From assembly GCA_036401055.1 (NCBI GenBank), contig DASWWC010000109.1, positions 1,563 through 65,562 of the forward strand: DNA of 64,000 bases. The letters run 5' to 3'. The stretch comes from Roseateles sp. (GTDB lineage Bacteria; Pseudomonadota; Gammaproteobacteria; Burkholderiales; Burkholderiaceae_C). A program made the position numbers and the translations under genes. This document shows, piece after piece, positions 1 through 8,222 of this stretch. Under the pieces are notes generated by a model. That model saw only the letters and a list, made by a program, of their open reading frames with translations. It searched no databases and was not told where the DNA came from. Each line of letters starts with the position of its first letter. Within the stretch, counting starts at the first letter, position 1.

Positions 1-771
1 CCGCAGCGCGGCGTTCTCGGCCTCCAGCTCGGCGACGCGCAGCAGCAGCGACGCGACCGTGTGCTGCGGCGCCTCGTCCTCGGCCGCCGCCTCCGAAACC
101 TCGGGGGCCGGCGCAGGGGCCCGGCGCTTGGATTCGCGCACGCGCTTGGCGGCCTGCTTCAACTCCTCGGCACCGGCTGCTGCGGCGGCGGCCTGCTCCT
201 GGGCCGGCAGCGTCGCGACGGCCGCGGCCGCGCTGATGGACACCGCGCCGGCCTTCACGGCCGCCACCAGCTCGGGCGCGCCCTGCTTCTGGATCTTCTC
301 GATCAGCACGACCTGGCTGCTGCTCAGGCGCGCGGCCTTGGCCAGCGCCTCGCGGGTGGCCAGGGCTTCCTCGTCGGACACCGGCGCCGGGGCTGCCACC
401 GCGGCGTGAGGCTCGGGCGCCTCCGCCACGGGCGTGCTGCGAGCGCGCCGGTCGGCGACGATCTCGCGCTTGCGCAGCGCGAGCACGCCGCGCTGGAAGT
501 CCGAGATGCTGCGCCGGCCCAGGTGCTGGTCGATCATCCACAGGTGCACGTCCTCCATGGACTGGAAGCGCGTGTTCTGCACTGTCTGGAAGGGCAGGCC
601 GTGCTTGCGGCAGATGCCGTAGCGGTTGTGGCCGTCCACCAGCACGTTGCCCCACAGCACCAGCGCGTCGCGGCAGCCTTCGGCCAGGATGCTTCGCTCC
701 AGCGCCTCGTGTTCCTCCGCCGTCAGCGGGTCGATGTAGGCCTTGAGTTCTTCGTTGACGACGATGTCCAT
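1..771 (-). CDS. ParB-like N-terminal domain protein ('plasmid replication/partition-related' family); 3' end outside the window
   Basis: Not in the ORF track; my translation from ATG 771 is MDIVVNEELKAYIDPLTAEEHEALERSILAEGCRDALVLWGNVLVDGHNRYGIC... with the ParB-type LVDGHNR motif; frame stays open to the window edge. Confidence 0.75.
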   Translation of the reverse strand, partial: MDIVVNEELKAYIDPLTAEEHEALERSILAEGCRDALVLWGNVLVDGHNRYGICRKHGLPFQTVQNTRFQSMEDVHLWMIDQHLGRRSISDFQRGVLALRKREIVADRRARSTPVAEAPEPHAAVAAPAPVSDEEALATREALAKAARLSSSQVVLIEKIQKQGAPELVAAVKAGAVSISAAAAVATLPAQEQAAAAAAGAEELKQAAKRVRESKRRAPAPAPEVSEAAAEDEAPQHTVASLLLRVAELEAENAALR

Positions 772-835
772 GGAGACCGTATGCAGGGCAGGGCAAAAGG
801 GGGCGGATTCTAGAGAGCCCGCGCCCCGTTGCCCG

Positions 836-2800
836 TCACGGGCGCTGCAGCCGCCGCGTGGTGACGCGCGGCGCCGGCGGCTCCTTCATGCCGGCGCCCA
901 GCTCGAAGCTGGGGTAGGGCGGCTGGTTGTAGGCCGTGTTCTGCCACGCGATGGCGACTCGGTACTGCGCGTCGTGCATCAGCGTGACCAGGCGGCGCTC
1001 GGTGGCGTAGGGCGTCGTGTAGATGTGCAGCGCCGTGTCGTCCGGCGTGCGCCACACGACCTCCTCGCGCCAGTCGCCGAACAGGTCGGCCGACACGATG
1101 GGCACGTTCTTCGTGCCATTGGTGCTGACCACGCCGGGTGCCTCCAGCAGCGTGCGCGAGGCGCCGGCCGTCCAGTCCCACTTGTTGATGCGATTCTTGT
1201 CGAACAGCTCGCGCAGTTCGTCGCCGTCCCACCAGACCACGAAGCTCATCTCGCGCGGGCGCTTGACGCCGGCTATGACCTGGCCCTGTGCGGTGTAGAG
1301 CGTGTCGCCGTTGCTGGCCCAGGCTTCGGAGCCGGCGTGGCGCGGGTCGATGTCGGCGGACGCGCCGCGGCCCGTGTCCTTGTCGGCCGGCGTGCTCCAA
1401 AGCACCTTGCCGGTCTTGGCATCCAGCATGGCCGAGCCGATGCCGCCGTTGCTGCGCACCACCTCGTGCGCGCCGAACTTTTCCAGCCCCGGGCGCGTGG
1501 GGTCCAGGTCGCCCACGGCCATCGCGTCGCCGTGCAGCAGGCCCGAGCTCCACAGGCCCCTGCCGTCGTCGTCCACGGCCATCGCGCCGTAGAGGATCTC
1601 GTCGCGGCCGTCGCCGTCCACGTCGGCCACGCTGAACTGGTGGTTGCCCTGGCCGCCGTAGGCCTGGTTGCCGGGCTCGGCGCTGTCGAAGGTCCAGCGC
1701 CGGGTCAGCTTGCCGTCGCGCCAGTCCCAGGCGGCCAGCGTCGTGCGGCCGTAGTAGCCACGCGCCATGACGATGCTGGGGCGCTCGCCGTCCAGGTAGG
1801 CCGTGCCGGCCAGGAAGCGGTCGGAGCGGTTGGCATAGCCGTCGCCCCAGACCTCGGCCATCTGCGCCTCGCTGGGCGCGTCGCCGCGCGGATCGCGCGC
1901 CGGCCAGTAGGGCTCGCTGGCCAGCGCCTTGCCGGTCAGGCCGTCGAACACGGTCAGGAACTCGGGGCCCTTGACGATGCGCCCCTGCATGGTGGCCACC
2001 ATGCTGCCGTCGGCCAGCACCTTGGCGCCGGTGCGGTCGCGCGTGGGGCGCTCGCCGCCGTGCTCGCGCCAGTCGGCCTTGGCGTTGCCCAGCACGCGGC
2101 CGGTGCCGTCCACCGTGCCGTCGCTGGTGCGCACGGCCAGCTCGGCGCGGCCGTCGCCGTCGTAGTCGAACACCTGGAACTGCGTGTAGTGAGCGCCGGC
2201 GCGGATGTTGTGGCCCAGGTTGATGCGCCACAGCCGCGTGCCGTCCAGCTTGTAGGCGTCCAGGTAGACATCGCCCGTGTAGCCGCCGAAGGCGTTGTCC
2301 TTGGCGTTGCTGGGGTCCCATTTCAGGATGAGCTCGTAGCGGCCGTCGCCGTCCAGGTCGGCCACGCTGGCCTCGCCGGCGGCGTAGGTGTAGGCCTCGC
2401 CCGCGGGCGTGACGCCGCCTTCCGGCTTCTGCAGCGGCAGGCGCAGGTAGCCGCCGGCCCACACCTTGGCGGGCTCGCTGGCGGCAACGTCCTGGCCGTT
2501 GACGCGGGTGCGCACCACGTAGGTGGACTGCGCGGTGCCAGCCTTGTCGACCAGGTTGGTGGCGCCGGCCAGGGGCTTGGCGTTGAGCTTGCTGCCATCG
2601 CGGTAGACGTCGAACTCGGTGCCCGGCGCGTCGCCGGCCAGCAGCCGCCAGCTCACCAGCACGCCGCCGTCGTGCGCGGGCACGGCGACGGCGCCGCGGT
2701 CCAGGAACTCCAGCCAGCGTGGGCCGGTCTGGGCGCCGAGGCCGGTGGCCAGCCCCAGCGCTGCGAGGCCGGTCATGAGTCGATGACCAAAAGGATTCAT
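836..2800 (-). CDS. Rhamnogalacturonan lyase, PL11 (YesW/YesX-like), secreted
   Basis: LDRGAVAV...LVSWRLL, DLDGDGRYE, NIRAGAHYTQF, MARGYY, GQGNH, D-x-D-G-D-G repeats, AWQNTAYNQPP; signal peptide; start moved to MNPFGH at 2800. Confidence 0.93.
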   Translation of the reverse strand: MNPFGHRLMTGLAALGLATGLGAQTGPRWLEFLDRGAVAVPAHDGGVLVSWRLLAGDAPGTEFDVYRDGSKLNAKPLAGATNLVDKAGTAQSTYVVRTRVNGQDVAASEPAKVWAGGYLRLPLQKPEGGVTPAGEAYTYAAGEASVADLDGDGRYELILKWDPSNAKDNAFGGYTGDVYLDAYKLDGTRLWRINLGHNIRAGAHYTQFQVFDYDGDGRAELAVRTSDGTVDGTGRVLGNAKADWREHGGERPTRDRTGAKVLADGSMVATMQGRIVKGPEFLTVFDGLTGKALASEPYWPARDPRGDAPSEAQMAEVWGDGYANRSDRFLAGTAYLDGERPSIVMARGYYGRTTLAAWDWRDGKLTRRWTFDSAEPGNQAYGGQGNHQFSVADVDGDGRDEILYGAMAVDDDGRGLWSSGLLHGDAMAVGDLDPTRPGLEKFGAHEVVRSNGGIGSAMLDAKTGKVLWSTPADKDTGRGASADIDPRHAGSEAWASNGDTLYTAQGQVIAGVKRPREMSFVVWWDGDELRELFDKNRINKWDWTAGASRTLLEAPGVVSTNGTKNVPIVSADLFGDWREEVVWRTPDDTALHIYTTPYATERRLVTLMHDAQYRVAIAWQNTAYNQPPYPSFELGAGMKEPPAPRVTTRRLQRP

Positions 2801-3020
2801 TGGGCTTGCGGTCCTGTGCGGTGGGCGTTTCGGACGATGGTAGGACCGGCCGTCGGGCGGCAACGGTCAACGCGCTGCGCGATTCGCAGCGGCGCCGGCC
2901 GGCGCCGGGAAATTGCAGTTCATCCGCGCCCGCCGGCTGTTCATCGCCTGCCGCTCGCGGCGCACGGGGCGGCTGACGACACTGCAATCACTGACACAGC
3001 CAACCCACCCGGAGCCCGCC

Positions 3021-3269
3021 ATGAACGCCATTGCCAACACCTTCGTCATCGCCCTGGCCTCGGTCGCCGCGGCCGCCGCCATCGGCGTCGGCCTGGCCAA
3101 CGGCACGGCGGAACCGGCCACCGGCGTGGTGCAGCTGGAGCGCGTGGTGGTGGTCGGCCAGCGCGCCGTCGAGGGGCAGGTGATCGCCAAGCTGCCGCGC
3201 GTCGTCGTCGAGCACCGTCGCGAGGTGGCGACGGTGGCGGTCCTGCGGCCGGTGGCACGCCCGGTCTGA
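3021..3269 (+). CDS. Small exported/membrane-anchored hypothetical protein (82 aa) with two TonB-box-like motifs
   Basis: SD GGAG before ATG 3021; hydrophobic N-terminus; VQLERVVVVGQR and AKLPRVVVEHRR; followed by a terminator. Confidence 0.7.
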   Translation: MNAIANTFVIALASVAAAAAIGVGLANGTAEPATGVVQLERVVVVGQRAVEGQVIAKLPRVVVEHRREVATVAVLRPVARPV

Positions 3270-3292
3270 GTCGCCAGCGCCTGTCAGCCCTC

Positions 3293-3320
3293 ACCCGCCG
3301 CTGGCGGGTTTCTTTTTTTC
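3293..3320 (+). terminator. Intrinsic terminator
   Basis: ACCCGCC-gct-GGCGGGT hairpin followed by TTCTTTTTTT just after the stop at 3269. Confidence 0.85.
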
Positions 3321-3407
3321 TGCCGGCTGTACCGGAGGCCAGCCAGCCCCATGGCAAAAGCCCGGGCCGCAGGGCGCCGGGCTGGGTGGAGGTGGCGTGA
3401 GCCGGGC

Positions 3408-3956
3408 TTACTGGAAGTAGCGGGCCTTGGCGCTGGCCTGGCAGCTGTCCTTGGCGTTGCCGGCCAGCGAGTCGCAGCGCTCGTTGGCGGCCTTGTAGTC
3501 GGCCTTCAGCTTGGCTTCCATCTGGTCGTTCTGCACTTCGGCGATCTTCTTGTTGGCCTTCAGGTCGGCCTTGGCCTTGTCGTGGGCGGCCTTGGCGTCG
3601 GCGTTGCAGACGTCCTTGTCATTGCCGGCCTTGGCATCGCAGACCTCCTTGGCCACCTGGTACTTGGCCTCGATGCGGGCCTCCAGGTAGTCGTTGCGGT
3701 CCTTGGTGGTGCCGGTGTGCTGGTACTCCAGATGGGCCAGCGCCACCTTCTCGTGGCCCTTGGCACGCTCCACGCAGACGTCCTTGGCATTGCCGGACAG
3801 CGTGTTGCAGCCATCGCGTTCGGTCTTGAACATCGCCTTCACCTCGTCCTTGGCGGTGGCGTAGACGGGCTGCGTGAGGTTGGCCGAGGCGGCGCCGGCC
3901 AGGCCGGCCAGCACCAGGGCGCAGAGCAGGCGGGGGGCTTGGGATCGTGTCGTCAT
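3408..3956 (-). CDS. Secreted Ala/Lys-rich protein with three C-x4-GN-x-KD-x-C repeats
   Basis: SD AAGGAG before ATG 3956; signal peptide; CNTLSGNAKDVC, CDAKAGNDKDVC, CDSLAGNAKDSC. Confidence 0.8.
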   Translation of the reverse strand: MTTRSQAPRLLCALVLAGLAGAASANLTQPVYATAKDEVKAMFKTERDGCNTLSGNAKDVCVERAKGHEKVALAHLEYQHTGTTKDRNDYLEARIEAKYQVAKEVCDAKAGNDKDVCNADAKAAHDKAKADLKANKKIAEVQNDQMEAKLKADYKAANERCDSLAGNAKDSCQASAKARYFQ

Positions 3957-4235
3957 GGGAGGCTCCTTGGGGTGGGGGGCGGTGGAGGTGGCGGGGCATC
4001 GGCGCCGCCGCCGTGGTGCATGCACCAGGCCTCCAATTTGCGCCCCGCGCTGCGTTTGCAGGGTCGGGAGGGGACCATTGCGGCTGTAGGCCTGGACCGA
4101 CGATGCCTCGACCGGGGTGGCCCGAACCCGGCGGGATCTCCCCACCACGCCTCCACGAGCGCTGCGTGTTGACCGGCACCGCAATGCCCAGCCCATGCCG
4201 GCCGCGCGCCCGAAGCGGCGCAGCCCGCTTGCGGA

Positions 4236-5342
4236 TCAATGCCGCGCCACGGCGCCCACGATGGCCTTCAGCAGCTCGGCGTCCAGCACCTTGCCCGTCG
4301 CGCGGTCGAAGATCGCGAAACCCTCGGGCTTGTTGAAGACGCCGTTGTCCCAGTAGACCGGCACCAGGCCGCGCTGGTGGGCCGAGCGGGTGATGTAGGC
4401 GTTCCAGTCGGCGCGATACCGTGCCGCCCCGGGCACGGCCGGCCGCGACACGGCGCCGTACTCGCCCAGGATGACCGGCACGCCGCGGTCGATGAAGCGG
4501 GTCTTCATCTTGTCGAACTGCTTGTCGGCGTGGGCCTCGCCGCCCCAGTTGGCGGTGACCTTGGGGTCCGTCGCGCCTCGGCCCCACTGCCAGACCTTGC
4601 CTTCGTTCTGCAGCGTGAACTCGTAGGGGTCGTAGTAGTGCACCTCCATCATCAGCCGGCCGGGCGTGGGGTCGGCGGGCAGCACGGCGAAGTCCACCGT
4701 GTGGTCGATGTTGGTGTTGAAGCCCTGCACGACGAGGTGGCGGCGCGGGTTGTGGCCGCCGGTGGCGCGCACCGTCGTCACGAAGGTCTGGTTGAAGCTG
4801 TTCTGCGCCTTGACGTACTCGGCGGTGGGCTTGCCGTAGTCGCCCTCCACCATGACCTCGTTGGTGCCGGCGAACAGCAGGCCTTCGTTGTGGTCCTTGA
4901 AGTGTTCGGCGATCTGCGTCCAGTACAGCGCGAGGCGCCGGTTGACCTCGTCCTGGTGCTTCGCCGTGGGCTGCATCCAGCCGCCGTCCCAGTGGATGTT
5001 GATCATCACGATGAGGCCGGCCTCGCGGGCCCAGCCGACGACCTCGGTGACGCGCGCCATCCATTCCGGCTTGATGCGGCCTTGCGCATCGGCGTACTGC
5101 TTCCAGGCCAGCGGGATGCGGATGGACTTGAAGCCCGCGGCCTTCACGGCCTGGATGAGCGGCTTGGTCGTGCGCGCATTGCCCCAGGCGGTCTCGCCGC
5201 CGATGGCCTCCAGCGAGTTGCCGAGGTTCCAGCCCGGCGCCATCTCACGGGCCAGCTCGGGGCCGCTGACCTCGCGCCAGGGTGCGGCGGTGGCGGAACC
5301 CAGTAGCGCGAGCGACAGCAGCAGGGCGAACAGTGATTTCAT
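4236..5342 (-). CDS. GH5 (subfamily 4-like) endoglucanase/xyloglucanase, Sec-secreted
   Basis: GWNLGNSLE, INIHWDGGW, GTNEV (acid/base), EVHYY, ILGEY (nucleophile), YWDNG. Confidence 0.92.
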   Translation of the reverse strand: MKSLFALLLSLALLGSATAAPWREVSGPELAREMAPGWNLGNSLEAIGGETAWGNARTTKPLIQAVKAAGFKSIRIPLAWKQYADAQGRIKPEWMARVTEVVGWAREAGLIVMINIHWDGGWMQPTAKHQDEVNRRLALYWTQIAEHFKDHNEGLLFAGTNEVMVEGDYGKPTAEYVKAQNSFNQTFVTTVRATGGHNPRRHLVVQGFNTNIDHTVDFAVLPADPTPGRLMMEVHYYDPYEFTLQNEGKVWQWGRGATDPKVTANWGGEAHADKQFDKMKTRFIDRGVPVILGEYGAVSRPAVPGAARYRADWNAYITRSAHQRGLVPVYWDNGVFNKPEGFAIFDRATGKVLDAELLKAIVGAVARH

Positions 5343-5373
5343 CGTTCTTGTCTCCGAGGGGCCGACGCCAGCG

Positions 5374-6642
5374 TCATCGTGCGCCGTCGACCAGCGCGGC
5401 CAGGATGGGGGCGTCCAGCACGCGGTTGCGGCTGCGGTCCAGCAGCGTGCCCGTGTCCCAGTAGAAGGGCACCAGCCCCGTCGCGCGGGCGCGTTGCGTC
5501 ACGGCCTTGCAGTAGGCGGCGCGGCTCTTCTGGTGCAGGGCCAGCGCGTCGCCGGTCAGCGTGTTGCTGCGGTCCTGCGTGCCGTACTCGCCGACGATGA
5601 CGGGGATGCCCTTGTCGATGAAGCGGGCCTTCATCAAGGCCATCATGGCGTCGAGGGTGGCCTCCTCGCCCCAGGTGGGGTTGTGCGCGGTGTCGGTGCT
5701 GGAGTGGTTGCCCTGGCCCCAGTAATAGAACTGGTTGCCCCAGCTCTCGTCCTTGGTCATGCCGGTGAAGTTCCACGGCGTGTAGTAGTGGATCTCGGCC
5801 ATCAGCCGGCCGTCCACGGTGTCGGTGGGCCAGCCGGTCATCAGCTGGTGGGTCAGCTCGACGTCGGTGGACGGGCCCTGCACGACCAGCGTGCGGTGGG
5901 CGTTGCGGCCACCGGTGGCGCGCACGGCGTCGATGAAGGTCTGGTGGTAGCTCATCAGCACGGTCATCTGCGCGGACGTCTTGACGTTGGGCTCGTTGGC
6001 GCTGGCGAACAGCAGCCGGCCGTCGAAGTCGCGCAGGGTCGTTGCGATCTGCTGCCAGAAGGCCTTCTGCCGGTGATTGACCGCCACCTGCTGCTCGGGC
6101 GTGACGTGCTCCTCCAGCCAGCCGCCGTCCCAGTGGATGTTGAGGACCACGTGCAGGTCGGCGTCGATGCAGTACTGCACCACCTCCTGCACGCGCGCCA
6201 TCCAGGCGGCCTCGATGCGGGCGGTGGCGGCGTCGGCGTACTGGTTCCACGAGGTGGGCAGCCGGATCGCATTGAAGCCCGAGGCCTTGGCGAACTGGAC
6301 GAACTCGCGCGTGATGCGCGGGTTGCCCCAATAGGCCTCGGACTTGCCGCCCATGGCCTCCAGAGTGTTGCCGATGTTCAGGCCGAGCCGCAGCTTCCGC
6401 GCGATCTGCGCGGCGGTGTCGCCCATGCCGGTGGCGTCGGCCGCGCGGGGGCTGGTGTTGTAGTCGGGGTAGGGCGAGGCGGCCACCGGTGGAGGAGGGG
6501 GCGGCGGTGGCGGTGGCGAAGGTGGTGGTGGTGGCGGTGTGATGCTCGCCGGCGGCGGAGCGGCAGCGCTGCTTCCACCACCACCGCCACCGCAGCCGGC
6601 CAGCCCGGCCAGCAGCGTCAACGCGGCGTCGCGGCGCTTCAT
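5374..6642 (-). CDS. GH5 (subfamily 4-like) endoglucanase/xyloglucanase, lipoprotein with poly-Gly/Pro linker
   Basis: Start MKRRDAALTLLAGLAG-C (lipobox) overlaps the GH39 stop (ATGA); LNIGNTLE, NIHWDGGW, ANEP, IHYY, VGEY. Confidence 0.9.
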   Translation of the reverse strand: MKRRDAALTLLAGLAGCGGGGGGSSAAAPPPASITPPPPPPSPPPPPPPPPPVAASPYPDYNTSPRAADATGMGDTAAQIARKLRLGLNIGNTLEAMGGKSEAYWGNPRITREFVQFAKASGFNAIRLPTSWNQYADAATARIEAAWMARVQEVVQYCIDADLHVVLNIHWDGGWLEEHVTPEQQVAVNHRQKAFWQQIATTLRDFDGRLLFASANEPNVKTSAQMTVLMSYHQTFIDAVRATGGRNAHRTLVVQGPSTDVELTHQLMTGWPTDTVDGRLMAEIHYYTPWNFTGMTKDESWGNQFYYWGQGNHSSTDTAHNPTWGEEATLDAMMALMKARFIDKGIPVIVGEYGTQDRSNTLTGDALALHQKSRAAYCKAVTQRARATGLVPFYWDTGTLLDRSRNRVLDAPILAALVDGAR

Positions 6643-8222
6643 GCGCTGACCCGCTTCAGGCCCAGCAGCACCACGTCGTGGCTGCGCAGCTTCAGCGTGA
6701 CGGTGGCCGTGCCGCCAGCTCCCACGCGGACTTCGCGCTGCGCCTCGGGCTTGTCGGTGGTCAGGCCCTGCAGCGTGGCGAGTTGGTTCGCATCGAGGTT
6801 CTTGGGCGAGCCCATCTTCAGATAGGCCGTGTGCGCGTCGTTGACCTCGTAGCCGGTGCGGTGCTGCGTCAGCTGGTAGCGGCCCGGCGGCAGGCCGCGC
6901 AGTTCGACGGTGGTCGTGCCCACGTCGCGGGACGGCTGCGGCTTGCCGAAGAAGCTGCGGTTGCTGGTCTTCTGGTCGGGTAGGCGCCAGTCCCACACCA
7001 GGGCCTGGACCTGCCCGTCGTTCGCCGCGGCCCAGCTGAACTCGTCGCTGCTGGGAACTTCCTTGCCGCCCAGCCGGGCCAGCGCGGCCAGGTACTTGTA
7101 AGCGAACCACACCGGCTTGCGCACGCCCTCGCGGGTCATCATGCCGAAGCCGCCGTGGAAGGGGGCGTCCGGCGGGCCGGGTTCCTCGAACAGGTCGCTG
7201 TAGACCCAGTAGCTCATGTGCTGGGCCAGGCCCTGCGTCTGTTTCAGCTTGGTCAGCACGTAGGGCGCGCTCATGTACGAGTCGTGCACCAGGTCGCGCG
7301 GGTTGTAGCTGCTGCTCCACTCGGTGAAGAACAGCGGCAGGCCGGGCAGGTGCGAGGCCTCGATCTCCTTGCGCACGCGCCGCACGTCGCCCACGATGGC
7401 GTCGGGCGACTTGGACAGCATGCGGTCTTCCTTGCCGAACTCGTCCAGGTAGCCCTCGTCCACGCCGTAGGTGTGCGTCGTGATGAAGTCCACCGGCGTG
7501 TTCGTGGCCTTGGCGTGCGCCAGGAACTCGGGCACCCAGGCCGCGCCGGCGGTGGACGGGCCGCCCACGCGCAGTGTGGCGTCGATGGCCTTGATGGTCT
7601 TGGCGGTGCGCGTGTAGAGGTCGAAGTAGGCCTGCTTGTCGGCCTTCTCCCAGAAGCCGTCGAGGTTGGGTTCGTTCCAGACCTCGAAGTACCAGCTGCG
7701 CACCTCCTGCTCGCCGTAGCGCTTCAGCAGGTGGCGCGTGAACGCGTCGATCAGCGCGACCCAGCCGGTGGGCTCGGGGTGGGAGGTGTTGCCGGCCCAG
7801 TAGAAGATCTTCAGGTCCGAGGTCTTCAGCGCCAGCGGCGTGAAGCCCAGCTCGATGAAGGGCTTGATGCGGCGGGCCAGCATCGCGTCGTAGAGCTTGT
7901 CGATGCCGGTGAAGTCGAACACCAGCTGGCCGGCAGCGTCGCGCGTCACCGTCTTGAACACGTCGTGGAAGATGGCGTGGAAGCGCAGGTAGCGAAAGCC
8001 CAGTTCGTCCACCGTGGTCTTCAGCTGCGCCAGTGCGTCCTCGCGGTAGGTGGTGCCGGGGTAGTCGGCGCCGACGCAGTGGTCGAAGAAGCGGTCCAGC
8101 GGCTGCCTGGCCTGCGTCACGTCCAGCACGATGCGGCGCGGCTTGCCGGGATCAGCAGAGGCGGCGTGGGCGACCAGGGGCATGGCGGCAGCGGCGGCGA
8201 GCAGTTGGCGGCGGGAGGTCAT
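6639..8222 (-). CDS. GH39 beta-xylosidase, Tat-exported
   Basis: SRRQLL twin-arginine signal; YLRFHAIF, EVWNEPN, VGGP, FTEW, DLFEE. Confidence 0.9.
   Translation of the reverse strand: MTSRRQLLAAAAAMPLVAHAASADPGKPRRIVLDVTQARQPLDRFFDHCVGADYPGTTYREDALAQLKTTVDELGFRYLRFHAIFHDVFKTVTRDAAGQLVFDFTGIDKLYDAMLARRIKPFIELGFTPLALKTSDLKIFYWAGNTSHPEPTGWVALIDAFTRHLLKRYGEQEVRSWYFEVWNEPNLDGFWEKADKQAYFDLYTRTAKTIKAIDATLRVGGPSTAGAAWVPEFLAHAKATNTPVDFITTHTYGVDEGYLDEFGKEDRMLSKSPDAIVGDVRRVRKEIEASHLPGLPLFFTEWSSSYNPRDLVHDSYMSAPYVLTKLKQTQGLAQHMSYWVYSDLFEEPGPPDAPFHGGFGMMTREGVRKPVWFAYKYLAALARLGGKEVPSSDEFSWAAANDGQVQALVWDWRLPDQKTSNRSFFGKPQPSRDVGTTTVELRGLPPGRYQLTQHRTGYEVNDAHTAYLKMGSPKNLDANQLATLQGLTTDKPEAQREVRVGAGGTATVTLKLRSHDVVLLGLKRVSA

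Noticed and set aside
1-771. ParB-like gene as evidence of a plasmid or integrated element
   Set aside because: No parA, rep, integrase or transfer genes nearby; composition matches the rest of the window
6480-6595. (GGT/GGC)n and (CCA/CCG)n triplet runs as a contingency microsatellite
   Set aside because: Mixed codons encoding an ordinary Gly/Pro linker; in-frame, so not a phase-variation switch
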